Assembly: GCA_016187035.1 (NCBI GenBank)
Contig: JACPKL010000005.1
Span: 199,150 to 263,149, forward strand
Direction: 5' to 3'
DNA length: 64,000 nt
Origin: Candidatus Daviesbacteria bacterium
GTDB taxonomy: Bacteria > Patescibacteriota > Microgenomatia > Daviesbacterales > UBA10151
Positions 44,930-53,870 of this stretch are shown piece by piece (position 1 is the first letter of the stretch; each line of letters begins with the position of its first letter). Both the position numbers and the translations under genes were made by a program. Under the pieces are notes generated by a model. The model ran no database searches and was not told the DNA's origin. It was given only the letters and a program-made list of their open reading frames with translations.

Positions 44930-45968
44930 TTGGCCAATTTGTTTGTCCAGTTTATTTCTAGTATCTATTGGTATTTTAGTTATTTATTCTTCTTCAGAGG
45001 AATTAGCCTTGCAACAGCTTATTTTTACTTCAGTTGGGTTTGTATTATTTTTACTCATATCTCAATTAGACTTACATATTTTAAAAAGATTTGTTAAACC
45101 ATTATATTTTTTTACAATATTTCTTTTAATATTAGTAATAATCTTAGGTATAGAAACAAGAGGGTCATTACGTTGGATACCGCTTGGTTTTTTCAATATC
45201 CAACCTTCTGAATTTGCTAAAGTTGTTTTAATTTTGTTATTAGCTGCATTTTGGACTAAAAGCTTACCTTCCTGGATTAATATTTTTAAAAGTCTGATTT
45301 GGCTTACTCCGCTTTTTTTATTTATATTCAAACAACCTGATTTAGGTTCATCATTAACGCTCATTGCTATTTGGCTGGGAATGCTCTTGGTATCTCAAAT
45401 CTCTCTTAGAAAAATCTTAAGTTTGATTTTAATTGGGACCTTAATAATTCCAATAACCTGGTTTTTTTTACATGATTACCAAAAAGAGAGAATTACAGGC
45501 TTTCTTGCGCCAGAGTTAGATCCTTTAGGCCGTGGTTATAACCTAATTCAATCCACTATTGCTGTAGGTTCTGGGCAATTATTCGGTAGGGGATTGGGAA
45601 GAGGGACTCAATCCCGCTTACAATTTTTGCCCGAATTTAGGACGGATTTTATTTTTGCTTCAATTGCAGAAGAGTTAGGTCTTTTAGGTTCACTGGTTAT
45701 TTTACTCATTTATTTATATATGCTTTTATATTGTTTAAAAATAGCAAATCAAACTGAAGATAAATTTAGTTATCTAATAATTATTGGGGTTTCCTCTATG
45801 CTGCTTTTCCAAGTTTTTGTTAATATTGGTATGAATATAGGTATTTTGCCTATAACAGGAATTACTTTACCCTTAATTTCTTATGGGGGCAGCTCCTTGA
45901 TAGTAACTTTTATTTGTTTAGGGTTAATTGCATCGGTTACCAAAAATAGGAAAAAATTTGCAATTTAG
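44907..45968 (+). CDS. rodA: SEDS-family protein RodA/FtsW paralog
   Basis: IQPSEFAKV, PEFRTDFIFASIAEELGLLG and LPLISYGGSS. Second SEDS gene in the window. Confidence 0.85.
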   Translation: MKLVKVVNWPICLSSLFLVSIGILVIYSSSEELALQQLIFTSVGFVLFLLISQLDLHILKRFVKPLYFFTIFLLILVIILGIETRGSLRWIPLGFFNIQPSEFAKVVLILLLAAFWTKSLPSWINIFKSLIWLTPLFLFIFKQPDLGSSLTLIAIWLGMLLVSQISLRKILSLILIGTLIIPITWFFLHDYQKERITGFLAPELDPLGRGYNLIQSTIAVGSGQLFGRGLGRGTQSRLQFLPEFRTDFIFASIAEELGLLGSLVILLIYLYMLLYCLKIANQTEDKFSYLIIIGVSSMLLFQVFVNIGMNIGILPITGITLPLISYGGSSLIVTFICLGLIASVTKNRKKFAI

Positions 45969-45993
45969 AGTATGAAAATGTAAAATTGAGCAC

Positions 45994-46299
45994 ATGTTAG
46001 ATTATGCAGTTTGTGAGGTTAGCGGTAAGCAATACAAAGTAGTTCCTAACAAACCTTTGGATGTAGATTTTTTAGGAGAAGGGCTAAAACAGGTTGAAGC
46101 TAAAGTTTTGTTATTATCAAAGGATGGAAAGGTTAAAATTGGCACCCCTTACCTGAAAGATAAAATAACATTAGACTTTATAGATACCAGAAAAGCTAAT
46201 AAGATCCGTGTTGCCAAATTCCATGCTAAAGCAAACTTTAGAAAAGTGGTTGGGTTTAGAGCTACAAAAACTAGATTGCTGTTAACTGTGGAAAAATAG
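45994..46299 (+). CDS. rplU: 50S ribosomal protein L21
   Basis: YAVCEVSGKQYKV N-terminus and KIRVAKFHAKANFRKVVGFR. Confidence 0.93.
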   Translation: MLDYAVCEVSGKQYKVVPNKPLDVDFLGEGLKQVEAKVLLLSKDGKVKIGTPYLKDKITLDFIDTRKANKIRVAKFHAKANFRKVVGFRATKTRLLLTVEK

Positions 46300-46309
46300 C
46301 ATCAGAGGG

Positions 46310-46338
46310 TTGACAATTCTTTTCACGCGTTGTATCTT
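46310..46338 (+). promoter_or_regulatory. Possible sigma70-like promoter (TTGACA-17-TATCTT) between rplU and rpmA
   Basis: Hexamers at 46310-15 and 46333-38. The -10 is weak. Confidence 0.25.
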
Positions 46339-46352
46339 ACTAACATCATAGT

Positions 46353-46598
46353 ATGGCACATAAAACAGGCGGAGGCAGCACCAGAAAAAATAAAGATTCT
46401 ATTTCAAAACGTTTGGGTGTTAAGATTTATGGCGGACAAAAAGTAACTGTTGGCAATATTATAGTTAGACAAAAAGGAAACAAATTTTACCCAGGTGTAG
46501 GCACAAAACAGGGAAATGATTATACTATCTTTGCTATTGCTTCTGGAAAAGTTGAGTTCAAGAAAAAGATTGACAAAAGAATTGTTAGCGTTGGTTAA
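46353..46598 (+). CDS. rpmA: 50S ribosomal protein L27
   Basis: [46 protein letters not shown]. Confidence 0.96.
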   Translation: MAHKTGGGSTRKNKDSISKRLGVKIYGGQKVTVGNIIVRQKGNKFYPGVGTKQGNDYTIFAIASGKVEFKKKIDKRIVSVG

Positions 46599-46629
46599 TT
46601 AAACAAAAACCCGTTTACTATTTGTTATT

Positions 46630-47478
46630 ATGGAAGAGCAGGTTTACGAACTGGAAATAGATTTATTACAACCCAATCCTTTACAGCCGCGTGGTTTAAT
46701 TAGTCCTGAGTCACTGGCTGAACTGGGTGAATCAATCAAGGTGCATGGTGTTTTAGAACCTATAGTGGTAGCCAAGACTCCGGCAGGTTATCAGATTATT
46801 GCCGGTGAAAGAAGGTGGAGAGCCTCAAAGTTGATTGGCCTGCCTAAGGTGCCGGTCATTATCAGGGAAACCAGCCCGCAGGGGATGCTGGAAATGGCCA
46901 TTGTCGAAAATGTCCAGAGAATTGATTTAAATCCTTTAGAACGGGCCCAGGCTTATACCAGATTGATGGAAGAATTTGGCCTGACCAATTCTGAGATTTC
47001 TGAAAGAGTTTCCAAAAGTCCGGCCTATATTTCTAATACCATCAGGTTATTAACTTTGCCTGATGCTTTAAAGGATGCTTTAATGGCGCAAGCAACAACT
47101 GAAGGCCATGCCAGGGCTTTGGCTGCATTAGAAGAGCCACATTTAATTATAGAAGGCTACAAAGAAGTATTAAAAAGGAACTTGTCTGTCAGGGGCGCTG
47201 AGGAATTGGTCAGGAGGTTAAAGGCAAGACAGGGGATTGGGTCCAGAAGGACTTCAAGTACCGAGAACATGCATATACTTTCTGAAAATATAGATAAGAT
47301 CCAAAGTGATTTGACTGTAGCCTTAAGTAAAAGAGCTCAGAAAACACAAGTTAAATGTTCTCAAACAGGAAGAAGGGTAAGGTTGGAAATGATTATAGAA
47401 GGTGAGCCAACTCATACATCTGAAGTTTTAGGGTATCTTCATCAGGCTATTGTTGGCTACTTCAACCTTAATGAATAA
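46630..47478 (+). CDS. parB: ParB/Spo0J-family partition protein
   Basis: LQPNPLQPR, EPIVV and IIAGERRWRASKL (ParB box II), plus an HTH segment (NSEISERVSKSPAYISNTIRLL). No parA adjacent. Confidence 0.9.
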   Translation: MEEQVYELEIDLLQPNPLQPRGLISPESLAELGESIKVHGVLEPIVVAKTPAGYQIIAGERRWRASKLIGLPKVPVIIRETSPQGMLEMAIVENVQRIDLNPLERAQAYTRLMEEFGLTNSEISERVSKSPAYISNTIRLLTLPDALKDALMAQATTEGHARALAALEEPHLIIEGYKEVLKRNLSVRGAEELVRRLKARQGIGSRRTSSTENMHILSENIDKIQSDLTVALSKRAQKTQVKCSQTGRRVRLEMIIEGEPTHTSEVLGYLHQAIVGYFNLNE

Positions 47479-47479
47479 A

Positions 47480-48076
47480 TTACTTGCCAGTCAGTAATCC
47501 AACGCTGTTAGGAGGCCAGTATCTAAAGAAAGCTCTTCCAACAATTTCCTCTTTAGTAATACTACCCCATTCTCTAGAATCTGAGGAATGGTTGCGGTTA
47601 TCTCCTAAAACGAAATATTGATTTTGGCTAAGTTTAATAGATGTTCCCTCTGAGAGAAATGATCCTGCATGAGTTGGGGTATCTTGTGGAAGGTAGTTTT
47701 CCTTAATCAATCCCCCATTTACAAAAACTGAGCTATTTTCAATTTTGATAGTGTCATTTGGAAGAGCAATGATTCTTTTTATAAAATCCTGGGATTCATC
47801 ACGAGGATTTTTTAATACAATAATATCCCCTCTTTTATGTTCACCTATTTTGTAACTAATTTTTTCTGTTATTAAATAGTCACCGCTATGCATTGTTGGA
47901 AACATTGAATTACCAGAGACTTTATGAAATTGAGCTACAAAAAGGTAAATTAGAGCAAAAATAGCTCCAAATACTACCAGGGTTTGGATAAGATCAATCA
48001 GGTGAGAGCCTAAGCTTTCAAAAAACCCCTTTTGGGGAGGAGTACCAAAGGAATTTAAATAATTTTCTGAATCCAC
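47480..48076 (-). CDS. lepB: Signal peptidase I
   Basis: VSGNSMFPTM (catalytic Ser), RGDIIVLK, KRIIALPNDTI (catalytic Lys) and GDNRNHSSDSR. GTG start. Confidence 0.92.
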   Translation of the reverse strand: MDSENYLNSFGTPPQKGFFESLGSHLIDLIQTLVVFGAIFALIYLFVAQFHKVSGNSMFPTMHSGDYLITEKISYKIGEHKRGDIIVLKNPRDESQDFIKRIIALPNDTIKIENSSVFVNGGLIKENYLPQDTPTHAGSFLSEGTSIKLSQNQYFVLGDNRNHSSDSREWGSITKEEIVGRAFFRYWPPNSVGLLTGK

Positions 48077-48109
48077 AAGCTTAATTATCTCAGAAATTAA
48101 GCTTGAGAT
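48077..48109. other. 10-bp perfect inverted repeat (AAGCTTAATT-N8-AATTAAGCTT) with an overlapping alternative stem, in the lepB / tRNA-Val divergent region
   Basis: Arms at 48077-86 and 48095-104. ATCTCA (48087-92) pairs with TGAGAT (48104-09). Abuts the lepB GTG start. Confidence 0.7.
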
Positions 48110-48138
48110 GCAATAGCATGGATGGTATTATTGGAAGG

Positions 48139-48215
48139 GGTCGTGTAGCTCAGCTGGTTAGAGTGCTTCGTTCACATCGAAGAGGTCTCTGGTTCGAGTC
48201 CAGACACGACCACCA
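48139..48215 (+). tRNA. tRNA-Val (anticodon CAC), CCA encoded
   Basis: Manual cloverleaf: acceptor GGTCGTG/CACGACC, D arm GCTC..GAGT, anticodon stem CTTCG/CGAAG with loop TTCACAT, T arm TCTGG-TTCGAGT-CCAGA, then ACCA. Confidence 0.9.
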
Positions 48216-48220
48216 AAAAT

Positions 48221-48742
48221 ATGGTACTTGAGGAAATATTTAAAAAAAGAGAGGCAGTCAGAAATTATTTAGAAAAGGATGTTTCTGAGGATTTGATTAA
48301 AAAAATATTAAAGCTTGCCAGTTTGTCTCCTTCAGCAGGTAACCTACAGGCAAGAAGAGTAATTATTGTGAAAAATCCAGCTATTAGAAAAAAACTAAAA
48401 GTAACTTGCAGTGGATTGGGAAGATTTACTATTGAGCCTCCGGTAATTTTTGTTATATGCAGTGTTCCAGAAGAATCTGCAATTAGATATGGAGATAGAG
48501 GGAGAAATCTCTATGCTTTACAGGATGCTACTATTTTTGCTTCCTACCTTCAGCTGGCAGCTGTATCTTTGGGTTTGGCTAGTTGCTGGGTTGGTTCTTT
48601 TGATGAGAATAAAGTTTCAGAAATCCTTAATATACCCAAAAATTTAGTACCAGTTGTGATGATTCCAGTTGGGTTTTCTGAAGAAGAACCCGGAGAAAAA
48701 TCCAGGAAAATATTAGCAGAATTAGTCTTTAAAGAAATTTGA
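48221..48742 (+). CDS. Nitroreductase-family flavoprotein
   Basis: 173 aa. RKAVRNY-like N-terminus (REAVRNYLEKDVSEDLIKKIL..ASLSPSAGNLQ) and a C-terminal G-S-F region typical of the NAD(P)H nitroreductase fold. Confidence 0.7.
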   Translation: MVLEEIFKKREAVRNYLEKDVSEDLIKKILKLASLSPSAGNLQARRVIIVKNPAIRKKLKVTCSGLGRFTIEPPVIFVICSVPEESAIRYGDRGRNLYALQDATIFASYLQLAAVSLGLASCWVGSFDENKVSEILNIPKNLVPVVMIPVGFSEEEPGEKSRKILAELVFKEI

Positions 48743-48754
48743 TACAATCTAATA

Positions 48755-50002
48755 GTGAAGCAAATTTTAAAACAAACCTCCTGGTTGATTATAGCCCAAG
48801 TTTTAACTAAGGTAATTGGATTTTTTTATACTATTTTTTTAGCAAGAAATTTAGGAGTATCTGATTTTGGTTTATTTACTGTGGCCTTGACTTATTTTTC
48901 CTTAGTTTCCGCCACTACAGATTTTGGATTTAACAGATTCTTAATCCGGGAAATTGCCAGAGATCAATTTAAACCTGCACAGCTGATATTTGGCATCAGC
49001 CTTTTGAGATTGATGCTGACAGCAGTATTGTTTGCTGTACTTTCCATATTTTTATATTTGTTTGATCCGGATAAAATAAGGGTTTCTTTAACCCTGCTTG
49101 GTGTTTTGGCAGTATTTCCACTGGCTTTGGGTCAGGTTTTGGATGCCATATTCATCGGATTTAAAAAAATGCAATATTCAGCAATTGCTTTAGTGGTCCT
49201 AAACGCGTCAACAGCATTTTTGGGAATCATCCTGATCAACTTAAAATTTGGTACTATCGGGGCAGTGGCAGCCCTGATTTTAGGGCAGCTCGTATATTTA
49301 ATATTTCTTTTATTATCGCTCCACATCCAAAAAATCCAGCTTTTTTCTGTAGTTAAAACTGCTGTTTTAAAAGAGATTATAAGAGGTTCCCTGCCTTATG
49401 GGATATTGGGAATATTAGGTTTAATTTATTTTAGGGTAGATATCCTGCTCCTTTCTTACCTTAGGGGAAATTTTGATACGGGTATTTACGGGATAGCATA
49501 TAAGTTTTTTGAAGCAGTGGTTTTTATTCCTTCTGCTTTGTCAACAGTCCTGTTTCCACATTTTGCAAAACTTCATACTGACAATTTAGATCAGGTTGTT
49601 AAACTTTATTTTAAAAGCCTAAAAATATTATTTGCACTAAGTATAGTAATAGTGCTGGCTTATATACTGATACTGCCTCTGGTAATCCAAACATTCCTGC
49701 CAAATTATCTGCCGGCAATTTCGGCAATTAAAATACTTTCAATTGCCATACCGTTTATGTTTTGCCATTTTCCCGCTGCTTCGGTTTTGCTTTCAACGGA
49801 TAAGTACCTGAAAGCAACTTTTTGGCTTTCGCTTTTGATGTTGTCTTTAAATATAGCTTTGAACTTGATATTTATTCCCAAGTCTGGCCTGGTAGCCGCA
49901 TCCTGGATAACTGTCTTTTCAGAGGCTTTAAGTTTTTTAATTTTCTTTAAGTTCCTTATGAAAAACTTTAAGGGAAAAGTTTATGAAAAAGAATTGGGAT
50001 AA
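48755..50002 (+). CDS. Wzx/MOP-family polysaccharide flippase (second copy)
   Basis: 415 aa and polytopic. The N-terminus SWLIIAQVLTKVIGFFYTIFLARNLGVSDFGLF parallels 1965..3236. GTG start. Confidence 0.7.
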   Translation: MKQILKQTSWLIIAQVLTKVIGFFYTIFLARNLGVSDFGLFTVALTYFSLVSATTDFGFNRFLIREIARDQFKPAQLIFGISLLRLMLTAVLFAVLSIFLYLFDPDKIRVSLTLLGVLAVFPLALGQVLDAIFIGFKKMQYSAIALVVLNASTAFLGIILINLKFGTIGAVAALILGQLVYLIFLLLSLHIQKIQLFSVVKTAVLKEIIRGSLPYGILGILGLIYFRVDILLLSYLRGNFDTGIYGIAYKFFEAVVFIPSALSTVLFPHFAKLHTDNLDQVVKLYFKSLKILFALSIVIVLAYILILPLVIQTFLPNYLPAISAIKILSIAIPFMFCHFPAASVLLSTDKYLKATFWLSLLMLSLNIALNLIFIPKSGLVAASWITVFSEALSFLIFFKFLMKNFKGKVYEKELG

Positions 50003-50591
50003 ATTTTACTCTAAAACATACTCGCTTGAGTATCTTATTCAAAATGCCTTTTATCACCTTAAATTTTTTAACGCTATTTGGGAGGAATCTCCTAAAAAAA
50101 TACTGGAAGTAGGAGTGGGAACAGGTTCCATGTCGATCTTTTTTTCCTATTTAGGTTTGGATGTTACTGGTTTGGATAATGATAAAGATATTTTAAAAAG
50201 GGTTTCAGATTTAACTAAAAAGCTAAACGGGAAAGTTAAATTAGTTTTAGGAAACGCCTTAAAGCTTCCGTTTAAAAGTAAATCTTTTGATCTAATATTT
50301 CATCAGGGTTTTTTGGAGCATTTTGAGGAGAAAGAAATTATTGAGCTTCTTTGGGAGCAGTTGAGGGTTAGTCAAACAGTGGTTTTTAGCGTCCCAAACA
50401 ACTTTTATCAAAAAAAAGATTTTGGTGATGAGAGATTACTGTCCAAAGCTTACTGGGATAAACTGTTACAAACAAACTATAATTTAATAGAAAGCCAAAA
50501 TTATAACCCTGTCAGAAAAACTTTTTTTAAAGGACGCTTGCCATATAAAGTAGTCCAAAATATGTATTTTGCCAAAATAACAAAAAAGTGA
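49983..50591 (+). CDS. Class I SAM-dependent methyltransferase
   Basis: Motif I ILEVGVGTGSMS, then DLIFHQGFLEHF. Confidence 0.75.
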   Translation: MKKNWDKFYSKTYSLEYLIQNAFYHLKFFNAIWEESPKKILEVGVGTGSMSIFFSYLGLDVTGLDNDKDILKRVSDLTKKLNGKVKLVLGNALKLPFKSKSFDLIFHQGFLEHFEEKEIIELLWEQLRVSQTVVFSVPNNFYQKKDFGDERLLSKAYWDKLLQTNYNLIESQNYNPVRKTFFKGRLPYKVVQNMYFAKITKK

Positions 50592-51754
50592 AAAAAATAG
50601 CAGTTGATTTAAGACCTCTTGAGAGCCCAACAGGCAAAAGAGGCGTAGGTTATTTTAACAGGCATCTTTTTAAGGCATTACTAGAAAAGCCTCATCCTGA
50701 TTTTAAATTTAATCTTTTTACTTTCCCAAACAGCAGGCTGCAAAACGGGTTTAAGGTGGGGCCGGATGATAAGTTCCAATCAGTTCCCGCCCTATATTGG
50801 CCCAAGAAAGGACTTAGAAGGTTTGATCCGCTATTTTCATTAATTTGGTCCCGCACTATCAATACACTAAAACCCGATCTTTTACACATCCCTTTCCTCT
50901 TTGATGTTTATTATCTGGCAGTTTTGGATAATATCAGGGTGGTTGTGACCCTTTATGACACTATTCCGCTTACTTTTCCAAAAGAGTATTTCCAAAATGA
51001 GAAAGCAAAGCTTTGGTATATGGAAAGATTGACTCAGGCAAAAAAGGCAGCAAAGATTATCACTATTTCCAAGTCATCAAAAAAAGACATAGAAAGATTA
51101 TTAGAAATTCCGCCAGAAAAAATTAAAGTAATTTATGGGGGAATTGACCAGAAATTTAAAGTCATGGAAATACTGAAAATTAGGGAGACTCTGAGGAAAT
51201 ATAAAATCAAAACACCGTATATTTTAACAGTTAGTACCCACAGTTTTCATAAAAATATAGAAAGAATTTTTCAGGCTTTTAAGAAATATATGATAGAAGA
51301 AAAGAATGCACAGTTAATTTTAGTAGTAGTCTGCAGATTGATTTCTGGTGAAAAACGGGATTGGGTGAAACAATTAAAAGAGCTTGGGATAGAAAAAAGG
51401 GTAATACTTACAAACTTTGTTGAGGATGATGATTTACCTGCAATTTATAATGGGGCTAAATTATTTTTATTTCCTTCACTATATGAGGGATTGGGGTTAC
51501 CAATACTGGAAGCCCAGGCTTGTGGCTGTCCGGTGATTACTTCAAATATTTCATCCATGCCTGAGGTGGCTGGGAAAGGGGCAATCCTGGTAGATCCTTA
51601 CTCAACTAAAGATATTATCAGGGGGGTTAGGGAAGTTAGGGAAATTAGGGAAGAATTGATAAAAAAAGGATTTGAGAATGTAAAAAGATTTTCCTGGGAA
51701 AAATGTGCAAGGGAAACGCTGGAAGTATACAGAGAAATTCTACAAGGCCATTAA
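50588..51754 (+). CDS. GT4-family glycosyltransferase (paralog of 9968..10981)
   Basis: [41 protein letters not shown]...[10 protein letters not shown]. Shares an identical 32-nt run with the 10.9-kb paralog. Confidence 0.85.
   Translation: MKKIAVDLRPLESPTGKRGVGYFNRHLFKALLEKPHPDFKFNLFTFPNSRLQNGFKVGPDDKFQSVPALYWPKKGLRRFDPLFSLIWSRTINTLKPDLLHIPFLFDVYYLAVLDNIRVVVTLYDTIPLTFPKEYFQNEKAKLWYMERLTQAKKAAKIITISKSSKKDIERLLEIPPEKIKVIYGGIDQKFKVMEILKIRETLRKYKIKTPYILTVSTHSFHKNIERIFQAFKKYMIEEKNAQLILVVVCRLISGEKRDWVKQLKELGIEKRVILTNFVEDDDLPAIYNGAKLFLFPSLYEGLGLPILEAQACGCPVITSNISSMPEVAGKGAILVDPYSTKDIIRGVREVREIREELIKKGFENVKRFSWEKCARETLEVYREILQGH
51621..51650 (+). repeat. In-CDS G-tract module, canonical G4 motif (GGGGGGttaGGGaagttaGGGaaattaGGG)
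   Basis: TTAGGG at 51627, 51636 and 51645, an exact 9-nt period. Encodes [10 protein letters not shown] in a GT4 gene. The paralog at 10857-10883 holds a decayed version. Confidence 0.85.
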
Positions 51755-52870
51755 TATAACCCAAATTAAAAGAGGTGGATAAAAAAGGGTATTGGCAAAA
51801 AAACTTTGGGCAATCAGCCCCAAAAGAGCAGCAGGCAAAAACTTTTGGTTCCATCCGGATTTTACTAAAGTAAATAAAAAGAATATGTAAGTTAAAAAGC
51901 CTAAAATTCCTGTTGTTGCCGCAACATATAATAAGCTTGAGTCGTTTGTTGACGATCCATGAGTCTTCAGGAACTGTTCATCACCCAAGTTATATGTTTT
52001 AAGACCGTAACGATATGCATTAAATCCCACTCCAAAAATTGGGTGAGTTTGAAAAAGCTGCCAGCCCTGTTGCCAGGAATTTTGACGGGATTGTGCCGAC
52101 TGGGATCTGTTGATACCTCTTGGCTGTGCCACCCCTGTTTGGTAAAGATGAAATCCTAAAAGTAGCCCTAAGGATAAACTAATGGTTAAAAGCATTTGTC
52201 TTAAAGACTTATTAAGAAACGAAAGCATTGTAAAGGTAACAAAAAAGGCCAGATAAGCCCCTCTGGAAAATGTTACCAGCAGGGCAAAATAAATTATTCC
52301 AAGTGTCAAAATTTTCCATTTTTTAACTTTTGATAAGTTTTGGAATAGCAACAACAAAGTTAGTACCAGGTATGCCCCCAAAAAATTCGGATCTAAAAAA
52401 GTTGAAACCGCCCTAAAATAATGCGGATCCCAGCCAGCTTTGGTTAAAAATCTAAGATCAGGTAAAAAATAAAACTGCACAAGACCCAATATAGCCAGAA
52501 TCAATCCGGAGAATGATAAAACAGCGGGAATTTTATTTTTTAGGGAAGGATAAGCACCTGAATAAATCTCCCATCCCAGCAGGATGTATATGCAAAACCT
52601 GATAGCATAAGAAAAACTGATTAGATATTGGGGTAATTGTAAGTTGAGTGGAGTGAGGATAAGGGATAGTACACCAGTTAAAATAAATGTTAAGGCGGCT
52701 GTTAAAAATAGAGGTGGCTTTTTAAGTTTAAACTTTAATTTAACAAGACCCAATACACTCAAAGCTAAAACTGCCACATCCAGTAAGATAATTCCACCGT
52801 TACCTAACGGTAATTTAATTAATTGACCAGAAATAATAGTGAATGTTAAGATCAAGCTGGCTAAGTTCAT
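51740..52870 (-). CDS. O-antigen ligase/polymerase-like (Wzy_C-type) polytopic membrane protein
   Basis: About 11 hydrophobic helices with an external loop (GVAQPRGINRSQSAQSRQNSWQQGW..HPIFGVGFNAYRY). 15-nt convergent overlap with the GT4 gene. Confidence 0.55.
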   Translation of the reverse strand: MNLASLILTFTIISGQLIKLPLGNGGIILLDVAVLALSVLGLVKLKFKLKKPPLFLTAALTFILTGVLSLILTPLNLQLPQYLISFSYAIRFCIYILLGWEIYSGAYPSLKNKIPAVLSFSGLILAILGLVQFYFLPDLRFLTKAGWDPHYFRAVSTFLDPNFLGAYLVLTLLLLFQNLSKVKKWKILTLGIIYFALLVTFSRGAYLAFFVTFTMLSFLNKSLRQMLLTISLSLGLLLGFHLYQTGVAQPRGINRSQSAQSRQNSWQQGWQLFQTHPIFGVGFNAYRYGLKTYNLGDEQFLKTHGSSTNDSSLLYVAATTGILGFLTYIFFLFTLVKSGWNQKFLPAALLGLIAQSFFANTLFYPPLLIWVILMAL

Positions 52871-53598
52871 TGCTGATACGTAACTTTTATGGAAGTCTCG
52901 CTGGAATTTAAGGCAGCATCAATTGCTTTAATATCAAAATTATTATCCCCATCATTTAGAATTTGTTCTGATGAAAAGTTACCATCTTTATCAACAATAA
53001 CTTGGTTGTCATTGATAAAAATTCGTGAACCTGCTTCTGTGCTGCCTGTAAATTTAACTTTTTTGTCACCCCCTTGGATTTTTTTATTATCCTCTGGTTC
53101 AGATAAATTTAATCTTGGTTTCTCATTATCATAAATAATTTTTATAAGTTTCGATGGAAGGCTTTCTTGTTCTTTCTCATTGATACTTTTTCCATAAATA
53201 TTATTAGTTCCCAAATTTAATTTAATATCTTTTATTTCAAAAGTGCCGTCAGAGGTTACATCTACAGTGTTAATTTTTTCATCATCCAAAAATATAACAA
53301 CTTTTGATAAAGGAGCGCTGTAGCCTTTAATATCAACCTGGGCTGAATTAGTAGCTTCAAAAGGAATATTTAACACAGGAGGCGCTAAAGAGGTTTCTTC
53401 TAAAGGATTAGCTATAGTTTGTTTTGGAGGGTTAAATTTATTTTTAATAAGTCCTACTCCATTTACAAGAGAAGGCAAGATCCAATTAACAGTTACTATG
53501 GATAACAGAATAATTAAGATAATAGTTGCTAAAAAATTCTGTTTACTCCTTTGAGCAAATTTTTTTGTTTTTCTCCTTGAACGGTAACTGTATGCCAT
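52867..53598 (-). CDS. Membrane-anchored protein with two Ig-like/beta-sandwich repeats
   Basis: Basic N-terminus and a TM helix (MAYSYRSRRKTKK..ATIILIILLSIV), then two similar segments (V-x-G-x..DG-x-F..L-x-x-G-x-N-x). The ATG at 53598 has AAGGA 4 nt upstream; the track start at 53640 was rejected. Confidence 0.5.
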   Translation of the reverse strand: MAYSYRSRRKTKKFAQRSKQNFLATIILIILLSIVTVNWILPSLVNGVGLIKNKFNPPKQTIANPLEETSLAPPVLNIPFEATNSAQVDIKGYSAPLSKVVIFLDDEKINTVDVTSDGTFEIKDIKLNLGTNNIYGKSINEKEQESLPSKLIKIIYDNEKPRLNLSEPEDNKKIQGGDKKVKFTGSTEAGSRIFINDNQVIVDKDGNFSSEQILNDGDNNFDIKAIDAALNSSETSIKVTYQQ

Positions 53599-53648
53599 AT
53601 CCTTAAAGACTAAGATACCACTAATCTGATAAAATAGCATCTATATTT

Positions 53649-53720
53649 GCGGTGGTAGTTCAGTGGTAGAATGTCTCCTTCCCAAGGAGAAGGTCGGGGG
53701 TTCAAATCCCCTCCACCGCT
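53649..53720 (+). tRNA. tRNA-Gly (anticodon CCC)
   Basis: Acceptor GCGGTGG/CCACCGC, D arm GTTC-AGTGGTA-GAAT, anticodon stem TCTCC/GGAGA with loop TTCCCAA, T arm GGGGG-TTCAAAT-CCCCT, discriminator T. No CCA encoded. Confidence 0.9.
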
Positions 53721-53779
53721 CGTGGTAGAGCAATCCCTTCGTAAGGGAAAGATCGTGAGTTCAAATCCCACCGTTGGCT
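53718..53779 (+). pseudogene. 5'-truncated tRNA-Thr (anticodon CGT) fragment fused to the 3' end of tRNA-Gly
   Basis: A D arm (GCTC-GTGGTA-GAGC), an anticodon arm with loop TTCGTAA, a T arm (GTGAG-TTCAAAT-CCCAC, one A.C mismatch) and the 3' acceptor strand CGTTGGC are present. The complementary 5' acceptor strand (GCCAACG) and nt 8-9 are missing. Confidence 0.6.
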
Positions 53780-53785
53780 CACTTA

Positions 53786-53837
53786 AAAACTATGATTAAT
53801 TTAGGTTGTTGTACCAATCTATTTAAGGACCGTCCCC
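53786..53837 (+). repeat. Family-A repeat copy A6
   Basis: AAAAACTATGATTAATTTAGGTTGTTGTACCAATCTATTTAAGGACCGTCCCC, starting a few nt after the tRNA-Thr fragment. Confidence 0.85.
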
Positions 53838-53870
53838 AGATTAAGATTCGCAGATTCCGGCTCCCAGCTC

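Noticed and set aside
46599-47478. A parS site (TGTTNCACGTGAAACA-like) near parB, and an adjacent parA.
   Set aside because: I found no such 16-mer by eye in or around parB, and no ParA-like Walker ATPase ORF is adjacent. The absence cannot be proven without a pattern search.
51627-51650. TTAGGG repeats (three at 9-nt spacing here; a perfect TTAGGGTTAGGG at 34928-34939 in mraY) as telomere-like sequence.
   Set aside because: They are internal to conserved CDSs and in frame: xTT-AGG-Gxx gives V/I-R-E, and TTA-GGG gives Leu-Gly. They are not tandem hexamers at a replicon end. I treat them only as part of the G-tract observation.
7141-53640. N-terminal extensions of track ORFs: 7141, 8534, 10936, 13328, 25873, 29509..30204, 33306, 35386, 42095, 52867..53640.
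   Set aside because: The extensions overlap the upstream gene or a repeat and start at TTG/GTG or at an ATG without an RBS. Downstream ATGs give canonical N-termini and often have a Shine-Dalgarno-like sequence or an ATGA/TAATG coupling overlap. The exact starts remain unverified.
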